NCBI GenBank assembly: GCA_038065555.1
Contig: JBBTQS010000001.1
Span: forward strand, 64,741-128,740
DNA length: 64,000 nt
Reading direction: 5' to 3'
Source: Patescibacteria group bacterium
Lineage (GTDB): Bacteria; Patescibacteriota; Patescibacteriia; Magasanikbacterales; JBBTQS01
In this document: piece after piece, positions 8,386 to 17,874 of the stretch
Numbering within the stretch: position 1 is the first letter of the stretch
Layout of the letters: each line of letters starts with the position of its first letter
Translations under genes and position numbers: made by a program
The notes under the pieces: model-generated
The model's input: only the letters and a program-made list of their open reading frames with translations
The model's database searches: none
Told to the model about the DNA's origin: nothing

Positions 8386-11004
8386 ATGGCCATTCAACAT
8401 TTTCCTCAGGCGTATTACACCGCAGGTAAGCGGGTTCTGGAAGAACTCCGCACTTCTTTGCATTCTGGAATGACAGCGCGCGAGGCTGTGGAGCGTCAGA
8501 CGCGGTTGGGACCCAATTCTTTGCAGCAGGAACGCGCGCGCATCCGACGCATCCGCATTTTCTTCAGACAATGGAAGAGTCCGTTGTTGTATTTGCTCGC
8601 CATTGCTGGTGCTGTTGCATTTGCACTACACGAATATACAAATGCGATTGTGGTGTTGTTGACTGCGCTCATTAATGCGGCGATCGGGTATGCGCAGGAA
8701 TACAAAGTAGAGAAGTCACTCACCGAACTCTCTGAGTATGTGCCGCTCTACGCACATGTGACGCGCGCGGGCAAAACATTTGAGATTGCAGCAGTCGAAC
8801 TGGTTCCGGGGGACATCTTGCATCTTGCTGAAGGACAGCTGGTTCCTGCTGATGCGCGCATTCTCGTGTGTGATGGGCTCGTTGTTGATGAGCATGTGCT
8901 CACGGGCGAGTCTGAAGCTGTTGGCAAACACACTCGTGTGGTTGCGGCTGAGGCACAAGTAGGAGATCGCAAGAATATGGCGTGGAGCGGAACGTCAGTC
9001 GTGCAAGGGACAGCAACGGCAGTAGTTGTAGCAACAGGTGTCGCGACGCAAATGGGCAGCATTGCGCATTTGTTGGCGAAGACGGACGAACCACTCACAC
9101 CATTGCAACAACAGATCGCAGCGCTTGGTCGTTGGATTGTGATTCTTGTTGGGGTGATGACCGGTTTGATTCTCGTGGTTGGATTGTTACAAGGACGTGT
9201 GTGGAATGAGATTTTTTTGCTCGCAATTGCTGTGGGAGTTGCGGCAATTCCGGAGGGGTTGGTTGTGACACTGACGGTGTTGCTCACTATTGGTATGGAG
9301 CGCATGTTGCGTCAGAGTGCGCTGCCACGACGTCTTATTGCTGCGGAGACATTTGGATCGGTGAGTGTGGTGTGTGCGGACAAAACAGGAACCATCACCG
9401 AAGGGCGCATGCGTGTGGAAGAAGCTCGCACGCGTGCAGAGATCACTGGCAAAGAGTTGGATGAACAGTTGGCGCAGCGTGAGCTGATGCAGGTAATTAC
9501 TATTTTGTGTTCTGAGGCAGTGTGTCTGCCAGGTGCAACCGCTGCTGATCATTCATATCGCGGCGATTCTACAGAGACTGCGCTGTTGCGTCATGCAGTC
9601 GAGTCTGGAATGGATCCGGAGACGATTCTCTCTGGGTTCACACGTATCGCAACGTTGCCATTTGATACGAGCCGCAGGACAATGGCGACTATGCACACCA
9701 CGTCGGACAAGACACAGTTGTTGTGTGTGAAGGGTGCTCCTGAAGTATTGATCCCGCGATCAGATCGCGCGCTGCACGCTGCTGTTGCGCGGCTTGCGGC
9801 TGATGGCTTGCGAGTACTTGCCTGTGCATTTCTCCAGGTGCCTGCAGGAACAGAACTCACAGAATCATTGGTGCGTAGCGCGCGCGTTGTCGGGCTATTT
9901 GGTATTGCTGATCCTGTGCGCGAAGGTGTTGCTGAAGTCATTGCGCGTGCTGAGCACGCAGGTGTTCGGACTGTGATGATCACAGGGGATCATGTTGCAA
10001 CTGCACGTGCTATAGCACAAAAAATTGGATTGCCTACAGGCGATGGAATGGTGTGTACTGGCGCAGAGCTCGATGAGTTCACTGCGAAAGAACGTCACGC
10101 ACTGGTGCAGACGTGTCGCGTGTTCGCACGCGTTGAACCGCGTCACAAGATTCTCATTGTGCAAGAGCTGCAAGAAGCTGGTGAAGTTGTTGCGATGACA
10201 GGTGATGGCGTGAATGACGCGCCAGCGATCAAGGCGGCAGACATTGGTATTGCGCTGGGGTCTGGTGTTCCTGTAGCAAAGGACGTCGCTGATGTTGTAC
10301 TGCTCAATGATTCACTGCAAACCATTATCACTGGTATCGAGCAAGGTCGGTCAATATTCCAGAATATCCGCAAGGTGGTGCTGTATCTCATGAGCAACAT
10401 GTTTACTGCGGTGTTGCTCATTGCGGGGAGTTTGTTCCTTTTCCTTCCGTTGCCGCTGACCGCAGTGCAGATTATTTGGATTAATTTGATGACAGATGTG
10501 TTCCCGGCGATTGCTCTTGCATTTGATCCGAGCGATCCGTCGGTGATGGATCGTCCGCCACGCAAGCGACGCACGCCTATTCTGTCTGTGTCGATGAAGA
10601 CGATGATTTTCCTTGTGAGCATTTTTGCGGATGTGCTGTTGTTGCTGTTCTATGTGAGTATTCAGTCTACGAATTTGTCTGTGCCGTACATGCAGACCAT
10701 GATGTACGCATCGGTCTCACTGTCGAGTGCGTTCTATATTCTCGCAGTGCGACGATTGGAGCAGGCGAAGCCAATGGGATTCTGGCGCAATCGTGTGCTC
10801 ACAGTCGCGATGGTATGTGCGGTTCTTTCGACTGTCGTGTCCATTCATGTTCCATTCTTGCAGCCAATTCTCTCGACGGTTCCGCTTGAAGCGATGGAGT
10901 GGATTGTGGTGCTGATGCTCGCCCTTGTGAAGTACGTGCTCATGCGCGTGGTACAATATGGTTTTCACCTTTATGGCCGTCGACAACTACATTCAACTCA
11001 ATGA
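8386..11004 (+). CDS. P-type cation-transporting ATPase (P2-type, Ca2+/Mg2+-like)
   Basis: DKTGTITEG phosphorylation motif, MTGDGVNDAPA hinge, about 10 TM segments; start at ATG 8386 inferred from the conserved N-terminal spacing (ORF track starts at 8332). Confidence 0.9.
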   Translation: MAIQHFPQAYYTAGKRVLEELRTSLHSGMTAREAVERQTRLGPNSLQQERARIRRIRIFFRQWKSPLLYLLAIAGAVAFALHEYTNAIVVLLTALINAAIGYAQEYKVEKSLTELSEYVPLYAHVTRAGKTFEIAAVELVPGDILHLAEGQLVPADARILVCDGLVVDEHVLTGESEAVGKHTRVVAAEAQVGDRKNMAWSGTSVVQGTATAVVVATGVATQMGSIAHLLAKTDEPLTPLQQQIAALGRWIVILVGVMTGLILVVGLLQGRVWNEIFLLAIAVGVAAIPEGLVVTLTVLLTIGMERMLRQSALPRRLIAAETFGSVSVVCADKTGTITEGRMRVEEARTRAEITGKELDEQLAQRELMQVITILCSEAVCLPGATAADHSYRGDSTETALLRHAVESGMDPETILSGFTRIATLPFDTSRRTMATMHTTSDKTQLLCVKGAPEVLIPRSDRALHAAVARLAADGLRVLACAFLQVPAGTELTESLVRSARVVGLFGIADPVREGVAEVIARAEHAGVRTVMITGDHVATARAIAQKIGLPTGDGMVCTGAELDEFTAKERHALVQTCRVFARVEPRHKILIVQELQEAGEVVAMTGDGVNDAPAIKAADIGIALGSGVPVAKDVADVVLLNDSLQTIITGIEQGRSIFQNIRKVVLYLMSNMFTAVLLIAGSLFLFLPLPLTAVQIIWINLMTDVFPAIALAFDPSDPSVMDRPPRKRRTPILSVSMKTMIFLVSIFADVLLLLFYVSIQSTNLSVPYMQTMMYASVSLSSAFYILAVRRLEQAKPMGFWRNRVLTVAMVCAVLSTVVSIHVPFLQPILSTVPLEAMEWIVVLMLALVKYVLMRVVQYGFHLYGRRQLHSTQ

Positions 11005-11635
11005 TCATGAGAAAATAGTGCTCGTGGTGCGACGCTATCCGCTGACGTACGCTGGCGTACTCATCGGCATAGGGTTGCTTTTGCTCGGGCCGTTCTTCCT
11101 CCTTATTCCACTGCTCAAGCTTGGACTCTTTGGGAAGATTATTATTGGTACGTCGCTTGCGTTCGGCGTGTTCTATGCATCGAGATTGTGGTTCGTGCGC
11201 CAGCGCGATTGTCTCATTATTACGTCGCATCGTGTCATTGATATTCATCAGCAAGGATTCACGCAGCGGACAATCTCGGAGGCGGCGTATGAGCGTATTT
11301 CGGATGTGTCTCATGTGGTGCGAGGTGCGATGCGGATTCTCTTCAATTACGGAACCATTCGCGTGACGTGTGGTGATGGATCAGTTGTACTCACGATGGA
11401 TCAAGTGAAGGATCCCAAGGCAGTGCATCACACGATCAGTGAGATCATGGGTCGCTCGTTGCGCGGCATGATGCCGCGACATGGGGCCGTGGATCTCGAG
11501 CAGGAGTTGGAAAAGATGTCAGAAGTGGAGCTCCAGCGTGTTGCACAACAAATTATTGATCGATTGGGTGCGGTTGGCGCGGCGCGACGTGAGGAACCGG
11601 TGAGCAAGCCGCGCAAGCTGCGTGCACGAGAATAG
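10958..11635 (+). CDS. bacterial PH-domain (bPH_2/DUF304) membrane protein
   Basis: two N-terminal TM helices followed by a YdbT-like PH domain. Confidence 0.5.
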   Translation: MVFTFMAVDNYIQLNDHEKIVLVVRRYPLTYAGVLIGIGLLLLGPFFLLIPLLKLGLFGKIIIGTSLAFGVFYASRLWFVRQRDCLIITSHRVIDIHQQGFTQRTISEAAYERISDVSHVVRGAMRILFNYGTIRVTCGDGSVVLTMDQVKDPKAVHHTISEIMGRSLRGMMPRHGAVDLEQELEKMSEVELQRVAQQIIDRLGAVGAARREEPVSKPRKLRARE

Positions 11636-11638
11636 TCA

Positions 11639-11647
11639 TGGTATACT
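11639..11647 (+). promoter_or_regulatory. extended -10 box TGGTATACT, 6 nt before the ATG of the ftsB-like gene (leaderless)
   Basis: same 9-mer recurs at 17176 and 33358. Confidence 0.4.
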
Positions 11648-11653
11648 AGCCGC

Positions 11654-12043
11654 ATGAAACCTTCTGGACCTTCAACTCGACGACCGACGCAGTCGTTCTT
11701 TCGCTCCAAGATGCTCTTGATTCTGGCGTGCATTGTGCTCGTTTTGCTGGCTATTGCCTTTGGCCGCGCGTATATGCGAGAATATGCGAGCCGACAAGAG
11801 ATTGCACAATTGGAGGCTGAGGCAGCGCGCCTCAAGGGCGAGCAAGTGCAACTCCTCGAACTCTTGTCGTATGTGCAGACCGACGCGTATGTCGAAGAAA
11901 CAGCGCGGGAGAAGTTGCATCTCAAGAAACCAGGCGAGGAAGTTGTGGTATTCAGTGCGCCAACCAGCTCACTCAACTACCAGGTTCCAGAGCACAAACA
12001 TCCAATACAAAAGTGGGTTGAGTATTTCTTCAATCCATCGTAA
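11654..12043 (+). CDS. septum formation initiator (FtsB/DivIC-like)
   Basis: single TM helix followed by a coiled coil (EIAQLEAEAARLKGEQVQLLELL). Confidence 0.55.
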   Translation: MKPSGPSTRRPTQSFFRSKMLLILACIVLVLLAIAFGRAYMREYASRQEIAQLEAEAARLKGEQVQLLELLSYVQTDAYVEETAREKLHLKKPGEEVVVFSAPTSSLNYQVPEHKHPIQKWVEYFFNPS

Positions 12044-12052
12044 TGAAATTCT

Positions 12053-13066
12053 ATGGAAGACACACGCGATAACGAGAACACAGTAGAGAGTCAGGCAGGA
12101 GAAATGCAGGTGATGGAACACGAACCAGATGACGCAGGGCAGCCTGCACCTCGAACTCCAGTAGATACGCGCAGCATGCGTCGTGGATTGTGGAGCGCAC
12201 TTGGCGCAGTTGTTGTTGTGTTGTTGATTCTCTTCTTCTACGGCGTGTACGGACCTGGTTGGCAGTCGAGTGTGATCACCAAGCCTGCAACGATGTTGCG
12301 ATTGCCTGTGGCGTCTGTTGGTGATTCGTGGGTGACCTATGGTCGCTTGCGTGAATATATTGGTTTGATCGAAGGATTCAGAGCGATGGATATCAAGTCT
12401 GGCGCTGCGGCACCTGTGGCTGTGAATCGCGCACAGGACGTGGAGACAGCATTGCAGCGATTCCGTGAGATGGAAGTGCTCAATCAGTTGGCGCAACAGT
12501 ACAATGTGTCCGTAGAGCCAGGTTCTGCGTGGGCAGTGTATGAGTCTCGTGGCGTACCGTTGCCAACAGACGCCGATCTAGCATCGGTTGGGACCAATCG
12601 CGAACGATTCCAAGAGATTATTTTGACTCCCGTGTTGCTTGCGGAGAAGGTTGGTGCTGCGATCGCATCTGACGCAAGCTATATTTCGTCTGTTACCAAC
12701 GAAGCAACAGCAGTACATGAGCGTGTAACGACAAAGAAAGAAGATTTTGCTGTGGTTGCCAAAGAGGTGAGTGATGATACTGGCTCTGCGGTCAATGGCG
12801 GTGATCTCGACTGGTTCGGTAAGGGTGCGATGGTTCCAGAATTTGAGGCTGCAGCATTTGCACTCAAGAAGGGCGAGATCAGCAAGCCAGTACAGACGCA
12901 GTATGGTCAGCACATTATCCAAGTGACCGATATTCGCACCAATGCTGCAACAAAGGCGAAGGAAGTTCGTGCACGTCACATTCTCATCGCATTCCCATCG
13001 CTCAACGAAATCGCTTCTCAGAAGGAAGGAACAGTTGAGGTTGACTCGTACATTAATTGGCGCTAG
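12053..13066 (+). CDS. PpiC-type peptidyl-prolyl cis-trans isomerase (SurA/PrsA-like)
   Basis: N-terminal TM helix; parvulin domain ([43 protein letters not shown]). Confidence 0.7.
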   Translation: MEDTRDNENTVESQAGEMQVMEHEPDDAGQPAPRTPVDTRSMRRGLWSALGAVVVVLLILFFYGVYGPGWQSSVITKPATMLRLPVASVGDSWVTYGRLREYIGLIEGFRAMDIKSGAAAPVAVNRAQDVETALQRFREMEVLNQLAQQYNVSVEPGSAWAVYESRGVPLPTDADLASVGTNRERFQEIILTPVLLAEKVGAAIASDASYISSVTNEATAVHERVTTKKEDFAVVAKEVSDDTGSAVNGGDLDWFGKGAMVPEFEAAAFALKKGEISKPVQTQYGQHIIQVTDIRTNAATKAKEVRARHILIAFPSLNEIASQKEGTVEVDSYINWR

Positions 13067-13109
13067 AACAGTGTAGATATTCTGGTACGCTAGATCTGAG
13101 CGTGCCACC

Positions 13110-13183
13110 GCGGGATTAGTACAATGGTAGTATGCTTGCTTCCCAAGCAAGAGACGCGAGTCCGATTCTCGTATCCCGCTCCA
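13110..13183 (+). tRNA. tRNA-Gly (anticodon CCC), CCA encoded
   Basis: GCGGGAT..CTTGCTTCCCAAGCAAG..GAGTCCGATTCTCGT ATCCCGC T CCA. Confidence 0.85.
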
Positions 13184-13335
13184 TTTTTCTTTCTTTGTTT
13201 CAGGAGTACAACGTCGCTCGCCCTCCGGGACTCGCGCGTCTCTATCTCGATTTGCCGGATGTGTATCAACGCCTCGCGGCGTTTTTGGTTGGCCGGCAAA
13301 TCTGCGATGGCCTCCTGAAACAAAGAAAGAAAAAG
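13184..13335. repeat. about 150 bp element bounded by perfect 23 bp inverted repeats, with a nested inner 10 bp inverted repeat, immediately 3' of tRNA-Gly
   Basis: left arm ttttctttctttgtttcaggag and right arm ctcctgaaacaaagaaagaaaa are exact reverse complements; inner gatttgccgg / ccggcaaatc. Confidence 0.5.
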
Positions 13336-13410
13336 AGTATCGGTAGTTGCCCATCATGTGTATAGTGAGTAGGCTAGAGTAGTAAAGTGGTCATCGTTTT
13401 TATTACGTGT

Positions 13411-13863
13411 ATGCAAACCAAACAGTTTTTCGCGCAGAAGGCATTTATTGTTCATGATGGGTCAGTCCTACTCGTGCGCAAAAGTGCTGATGATCCGAGT
13501 CAGGCGGGGAAGTGGGAGGTGCCTGGTGGGCGTATGGAATTCGGTGAAGAGGTGGATGCGCATTTGCAACGTGAAGTGCGTGAGGAAGTGGGGCTCTCAA
13601 TTACTCCAGGCGAACCATTTGCGATCTGGCAGTGGCAGATGAAGCGCGCAGATGCCAGTGGGGAGGAAACATATATGCAAGTCGTTGCTGTTGCGCGCAT
13701 CTGTACCACGTCGGACCCGACGGCGCTTGATGACTCACAGCGCGTTGCCGAAGATTATCTTGCGGAGACTGCGTGGGTGCCATTTGCTGAACTGTTGTCG
13801 TACGATTTGATTCCCAACATGCGAGGTGTCGTAGAAAAGTTTTTGTATTTGCAACGATCTTGA
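13411..13863 (+). CDS. NUDIX hydrolase
   Basis: Nudix box GKWEVPGGRMEFGEEVDAHLQREVREEVGL. Confidence 0.8.
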   Translation: MQTKQFFAQKAFIVHDGSVLLVRKSADDPSQAGKWEVPGGRMEFGEEVDAHLQREVREEVGLSITPGEPFAIWQWQMKRADASGEETYMQVVAVARICTTSDPTALDDSQRVAEDYLAETAWVPFAELLSYDLIPNMRGVVEKFLYLQRS

Positions 13864-13908
13864 CTGTCGGTGTGCCTCTGAGTACTGTTGTAGCTGGGAG
13901 GGCTGAAC

Positions 13909-14256
13909 ATGAGAGCATTCACACGTAAAGAGCTCAAGAAACTACTCCTTGAGGCAGTCCATGCTCACTCCGAGGATCGAATGCGATTTCTCAACGTCTT
14001 GAGTTCCATTCCGGAAACGTCTCTGGAGCACGCAAGCCTCTATCTCTTGCCAGCGGTGGCTATACTGGGGCGGCTGCAGCCGGTAGCTATTCGGCGCGTA
14101 TTTTCACCAGAAGAACGGAGCGAAGGGCTCCTCGCGATGGAGATTTTCCACAGATTTAGTTTGGTTCCGCACGACGGGAGACACGCTGCAGGTGACACGA
14201 CCTTTCCTGCGTTGGTGAGTCGCTTGAAGACGGCACTCGAACAGTCAGAAAACTAA
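13909..14256 (+). CDS. hypothetical protein
   Basis: 115 aa ORF with no recognised motif. Confidence 0.3.
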   Translation: MRAFTRKELKKLLLEAVHAHSEDRMRFLNVLSSIPETSLEHASLYLLPAVAILGRLQPVAIRRVFSPEERSEGLLAMEIFHRFSLVPHDGRHAAGDTTFPALVSRLKTALEQSEN

Positions 14257-14351
14257 CGCGCATATACGCCCCTGGGTAAAACACCTGGGGCCGTGTTGTT
14301 TTTACTACTGTCCTTGCGACGCGCGCATGAATCCCGTAGGGTGAGAGTACT

Positions 14352-14975
14352 ATGTTTACTGGCATTATTCGCGGCAAAGCAACTGTAACTTCAGTGAGTA
14401 GTACGGCGTCGATTCTGCATCTCACGCTCGTGTTTCCAGACAGCGTCACTGAGGGATTGCAGCGTGGTGCAAGTGTGTCGATCGGTGGAGTCTGTCTCAC
14501 AGCAGTCGAGATTGACGGCGCGCAAGTGCAGTTCGATCTCATGAGCGAGACGTTGGAGAAGACTACGCTTGGGACAGCAGCGCCAGGTGTGCAGTACAAT
14601 TTCGAACGGGCGGCAACGTTCGGTGACGAGATTGGTGGGCATCTTCTCTCTGGTCATGTGATGGGAACCGGTGAAGTGACGGCGGTCGAAGACGCGGATG
14701 CGCGATATGTTCTGGCGATTCGCGTGGAGCCAAGTCTCTTTGGGTATATTTTTGCAAAAGGATACATTGCTATTGATGGTGCAAGTCTCACCATTGTTGA
14801 AGCTGATGTTGCAACCAGTGTATTTACGGTGCATCTCATTCCCGAAACATTGCGTATCACCACGCTCGCACGTCTTCGTGTGGGGGACCGCGTGAACATC
14901 GAAGTAGATACTATGACACAGGCAATTGTTGAGACAGTCCAGCGGATGCAACTGGCTACTCGGAGTATCGTTTGA
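14352..14975 (+). CDS. ribE: riboflavin synthase alpha subunit
   Basis: MFTGII start and duplicated lumazine-binding half-domains. Confidence 0.85.
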   Translation: MFTGIIRGKATVTSVSSTASILHLTLVFPDSVTEGLQRGASVSIGGVCLTAVEIDGAQVQFDLMSETLEKTTLGTAAPGVQYNFERAATFGDEIGGHLLSGHVMGTGEVTAVEDADARYVLAIRVEPSLFGYIFAKGYIAIDGASLTIVEADVATSVFTVHLIPETLRITTLARLRVGDRVNIEVDTMTQAIVETVQRMQLATRSIV

Positions 14976-15028
14976 TTGGCCTTTGGCATACGTTCGTGCT
15001 ACAATCGCCATAGTATTTTTCATTCTGT

Positions 15029-15487
15029 ATGCCTGAAATCGTACCGAGTTCTCCTGCTGCGGCTCCTAAAACCGTTCGACCGCGTGTGGTGACATTTATG
15101 TCTATCCTTTTGCTGATTCTTGGGCTCATGCTCATTGCATTCATCATTGGTATTTTTGTGACGGCTCCCGAGGCGCTGGAGCAAACCATCCGCAAACTTC
15201 TCCAGGAAGACAACAAGGCCATTGATCCTGCGGTGTTGTCAGCTGGTGTGCAACAGATTCGCATCTTTTCTCTATTCCTCCTTCCAAATGCGCTGTTGCA
15301 TCTTGCAGCGGGAATCGGGCTCTGGCGCATGCGCAAGTGGGGTATGTATTGCTTCTTTGTACTCTTTGCATGGTCTGCACTTTCCTTTGCTCGCGGTGGG
15401 TACTCATTGTGGGTTGCATGGGTGGTGGTATTGCTCGAAGGAGCAGGTGCTGCGTACCTCTACACCAACAAAACTTCGCTTCGTTGA
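15029..15487 (+). CDS. hypothetical membrane protein
   Basis: four predicted TM helices. Confidence 0.35.
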   Translation: MPEIVPSSPAAAPKTVRPRVVTFMSILLLILGLMLIAFIIGIFVTAPEALEQTIRKLLQEDNKAIDPAVLSAGVQQIRIFSLFLLPNALLHLAAGIGLWRMRKWGMYCFFVLFAWSALSFARGGYSLWVAWVVVLLEGAGAAYLYTNKTSLR

Positions 15488-15590
15488 CAGGGGGAGAGTG
15501 CGTGCGGTAGAATGGCGCACAGTTGTTTTTTCTTCGACACAAATTGAGCGTAGTGAATGGGGCTTCCGGTGAGTGTTTTGCTGGGAGTAC

Positions 15591-15667
15591 GCCACTTTTG
15601 CACCTCGGCTTCGCCTCGGGGCTAAAGTGGCTCCGTTCGGGAATGCTCGACCGAAGGTCGGCATTCC
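15591..15667 (+). other. tRNA-Thr 5' leader carrying a copy of the tRNA-Thr acceptor stem (GCCACTT...AAGTGGCTCC minihelix) plus a nested GC hairpin
   Basis: the minihelix uses the identical 7 bp acceptor stem plus TCC as the downstream tRNA; second hairpin ggaatgc[tcgaccgaaggtcg]gcattcc. Confidence 0.4.
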
Positions 15668-15675
15668 GCTCACTC

Positions 15676-15752
15676 CGCCACTTTAGCTCAGCTGGTAGAG
15701 CAATGCTTTCGTAAAGCAGAGGTCCCGAGTTCGATTCTCGGAAGTGGCTCCA
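15676..15752 (+). tRNA. tRNA-Thr (anticodon CGT), CCA encoded
   Basis: GCCACTT TA GCTCAGCTGGTAGAGC..TTCGTAA..GGTCCCGAGTTCGATTCTCGG AAGTGGC T CCA. Confidence 0.85.
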
Positions 15753-15765
15753 AGAAATGTGCACA

Positions 15766-15805
15766 ATACAGTAGACCCCCGAATTTCCGTTTTGGAAGTT
15801 CGGGG
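15766..15805. terminator. bidirectional hairpin between tRNA-Thr and the convergent gene
   Basis: agacccccgaa / ttcgggggtct 11 bp perfect stem with a small nested stem. Confidence 0.4.
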
Positions 15806-15825
15806 GTCTCTGGTTGTTGGGGGAG

Positions 15826-16791
15826 TCATCTCACCATGCACGCATGAAGTTCGCGAGGTGAGAGATTGACCTCCTGCTCCATCGCTAGATCTGGTGGTGC
15901 GTCTAGGTGGAATCTGGTGACGTAGCTTTGATTCGGACCAGTCACGTTGCGTTGATGGTACGGTCGCAGCTGGGGTTCGCTGCGATGGTCGGCTTCGGTG
16001 GGTAGAAGTTGAACTGTTGTTGGAACGATGACTTTGGCCCACACACGTGCCTTGTTGTCCGGCGTCTCGTCTATGAGGTGGATCGTGGGGTACGCATTGG
16101 TTTTAGGCGGGAAGGAGATTGTCTCGGTGGCTTTGATTACCATCCATCCAACCGCTTCGAGAAGATTGTTCTTCAGGAACTCCGCGTACTTTTGCCCGAA
16201 TGCCAGTGTTTTCGGATAGCTAACCAGGGTTGCCCCGAAGAGGACCCAGCGATAGAGGACTGGTGCGAGTTTTGCGCCGTTTTGTTCGTTGCGCTGTACT
16301 CGCGTCAGCAATCGCTTGCAGATCGCATCTCTGGTTGCATCGCTCATGCTGGGGTGGTGCGCGAGAACAAACCCGATGAGCACACACCCGCGCCAGTCTG
16401 GATAGTGGACTCTGGCGGCATGACACAGATTGTCGTGCCTGAGTTCGAGAGCGTGAAACAGTGCACGATTGGAATCGAAGTGGAGATTGTGTTGTCCCAC
16501 CGCTCGGATCATGAGGTGTCGTGCGGCCTTCATGCCGAGTGATCGAATCGTATTGTATGCCTCGCTGAACTCGGGCTGCGATTCGTCGAGCTCGAGGAAG
16601 AGTAGGACGAGATCGGGGTCGCAGTACGTTCCGATGTGGAACTCGATCTGCTCACGCATGTGGAGAACCGTCCCAGGTTCGAGCGTGAGCATGTAGTCGA
16701 TGAAAAGAATGAATTCAGACTGGATGCCGAAAACATTCCAGGATACCGGATTGGTGAGTTCGGGTTCCTGACTTGCGACTGCGCTGACCAT
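15826..16791 (-). CDS. hypothetical protein (321 aa), weak nucleotidyltransferase-like GTYCDPDLVLL motif
   Basis: long ORF abutting tRNA-Thr; no clear family recognised. Confidence 0.45.
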   Translation of the reverse strand: MVSAVASQEPELTNPVSWNVFGIQSEFILFIDYMLTLEPGTVLHMREQIEFHIGTYCDPDLVLLFLELDESQPEFSEAYNTIRSLGMKAARHLMIRAVGQHNLHFDSNRALFHALELRHDNLCHAARVHYPDWRGCVLIGFVLAHHPSMSDATRDAICKRLLTRVQRNEQNGAKLAPVLYRWVLFGATLVSYPKTLAFGQKYAEFLKNNLLEAVGWMVIKATETISFPPKTNAYPTIHLIDETPDNKARVWAKVIVPTTVQLLPTEADHRSEPQLRPYHQRNVTGPNQSYVTRFHLDAPPDLAMEQEVNLSPRELHACMVR

Positions 16792-17175
16792 GGGGCTACC
16801 TCCATTTGCCGTCAGTGGTTCTGGATTCCATAGCGGAGATCCATTGCTGTCTATCCTAAATCAACAACCAACAATTGACAACGGGCCTTGGTGGAGTGGG
16901 TGGTGAGGCGTGCTATAGTATGTTGTGCAAGGTATGCATTCATTCAACAATTTCTATGGACCAAACGTGGACAATACGAGCAGACAAAACATCGGATCCG
17001 ATTCAGGTTCGGTATGACGAGGCGCGCCATGGGTATGTCATTACGCAAGACCGTATCCATGTGATTTCGGGTGTGACGCATGTTGTTGATGCTGATGTTG
17101 AAGTTGCATTTGTTCCAGAGACACTTGATGCAACGAAGCAGGAGATCGATGCACGATGCTGCGCAAATCAACCTG

Positions 17176-17184
17176 TGGTATACT
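17176..17184 (+). promoter_or_regulatory. extended -10 box TGGTATACT, 6 nt before the ftsE ATG (leaderless)
   Basis: recurring 9-mer. Confidence 0.4.
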
Positions 17185-17190
17185 AGGTGC

Positions 17191-17871
17191 ATGATTCAAT
17201 TGCGCAATGTCAGTAAGACGTACCCTGGCGGCACGGTTGGTGTTCGCGATGTGCATTTGGCGGTGAAGCCGGGAGAGTTCGTGTCCATTGTAGGTATGAG
17301 TGGTACAGGCAAGAGTACGCTCATCCGTCTTATTATTGCTGAGGAGAAGCCGACGCGCGGGCAGGTGATTATTGGTGGTTGGGATATTACGAATATCAAG
17401 CAGCGCGAGATTCCGCTTCTGCGTCGTCAGATCGGCGTTATTTTCCAAGATTTCAAATTGTTGCCGAAGAAGACGGTGTACGAAAATGTGTCATTTGCAC
17501 TCGAAGTTGCAGGTGCGCCGTCGCATCGTATTCGTGAAGTGGTTCCGCAGGTGCTTGCTGTTGTGGGACTGGATAATCAAATGCACCGCTATCCGCATCA
17601 GATCTCTGGTGGTGAGGCGCAGCGTGTGGCAATTGCACGAGCGCTCGTGCATCGTCCGAAGATTCTCGTTGCAGATGAGCCTACAGGTAACCTCGATACG
17701 CTCAACACTGCTGATGTGATCGAGATTCTCAAGAAGATTAATGAATTTGGTACAACGATTCTCCTCGTGACGCATAACCGCGAGGTTGTGAACCGTCTCA
17801 AGCGTCGTGTAATCACTATTGATAACGGAACCATCGTGAGTGACCAGAAATCTGGTAAATACGTTCTCTAA
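17191..17871 (+). CDS. ftsE: cell division ATP-binding protein FtsE
   Basis: Walker [13 protein letters not shown] signature ISGGEAQR, Walker B ILVADEP; followed 3 nt later by ftsX. Confidence 0.85.
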   Translation: MIQLRNVSKTYPGGTVGVRDVHLAVKPGEFVSIVGMSGTGKSTLIRLIIAEEKPTRGQVIIGGWDITNIKQREIPLLRRQIGVIFQDFKLLPKKTVYENVSFALEVAGAPSHRIREVVPQVLAVVGLDNQMHRYPHQISGGEAQRVAIARALVHRPKILVADEPTGNLDTLNTADVIEILKKINEFGTTILLVTHNREVVNRLKRRVITIDNGTIVSDQKSGKYVL

Positions 17872-17874
17872 CCT

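Noticed and set aside
8748-9305. Antisense ORFs inside the P-type ATPase gene and similar shadow ORFs elsewhere (e.g. 30855-31856, 35230-36111, 48696-49499)
   Set aside because: Low-complexity Ala/Arg/Ser-rich translations typical of opposite-strand frames in high-GC DNA, fully overlapped by well-supported genes.
13124-13365. Two small ORFs (64 and 77 aa) spanning the inverted-repeat element after tRNA-Gly
   Set aside because: They run through a highly structured palindromic element, lack RBSs and have repeat-derived composition, so they are treated as non-coding.
14257-14351. Possible FMN riboswitch upstream of ribE
   Set aside because: The leader is only about 95 nt, lacks the conserved FMN-aptamer stems and sequence blocks, and the gene is a lone ribE rather than a rib operon.
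16875-17186. 103 aa ORF upstream of ftsE
   Set aside because: No RBS or recognisable domain, and it overlaps the predicted ftsE promoter. It may be a small protein but support is insufficient.
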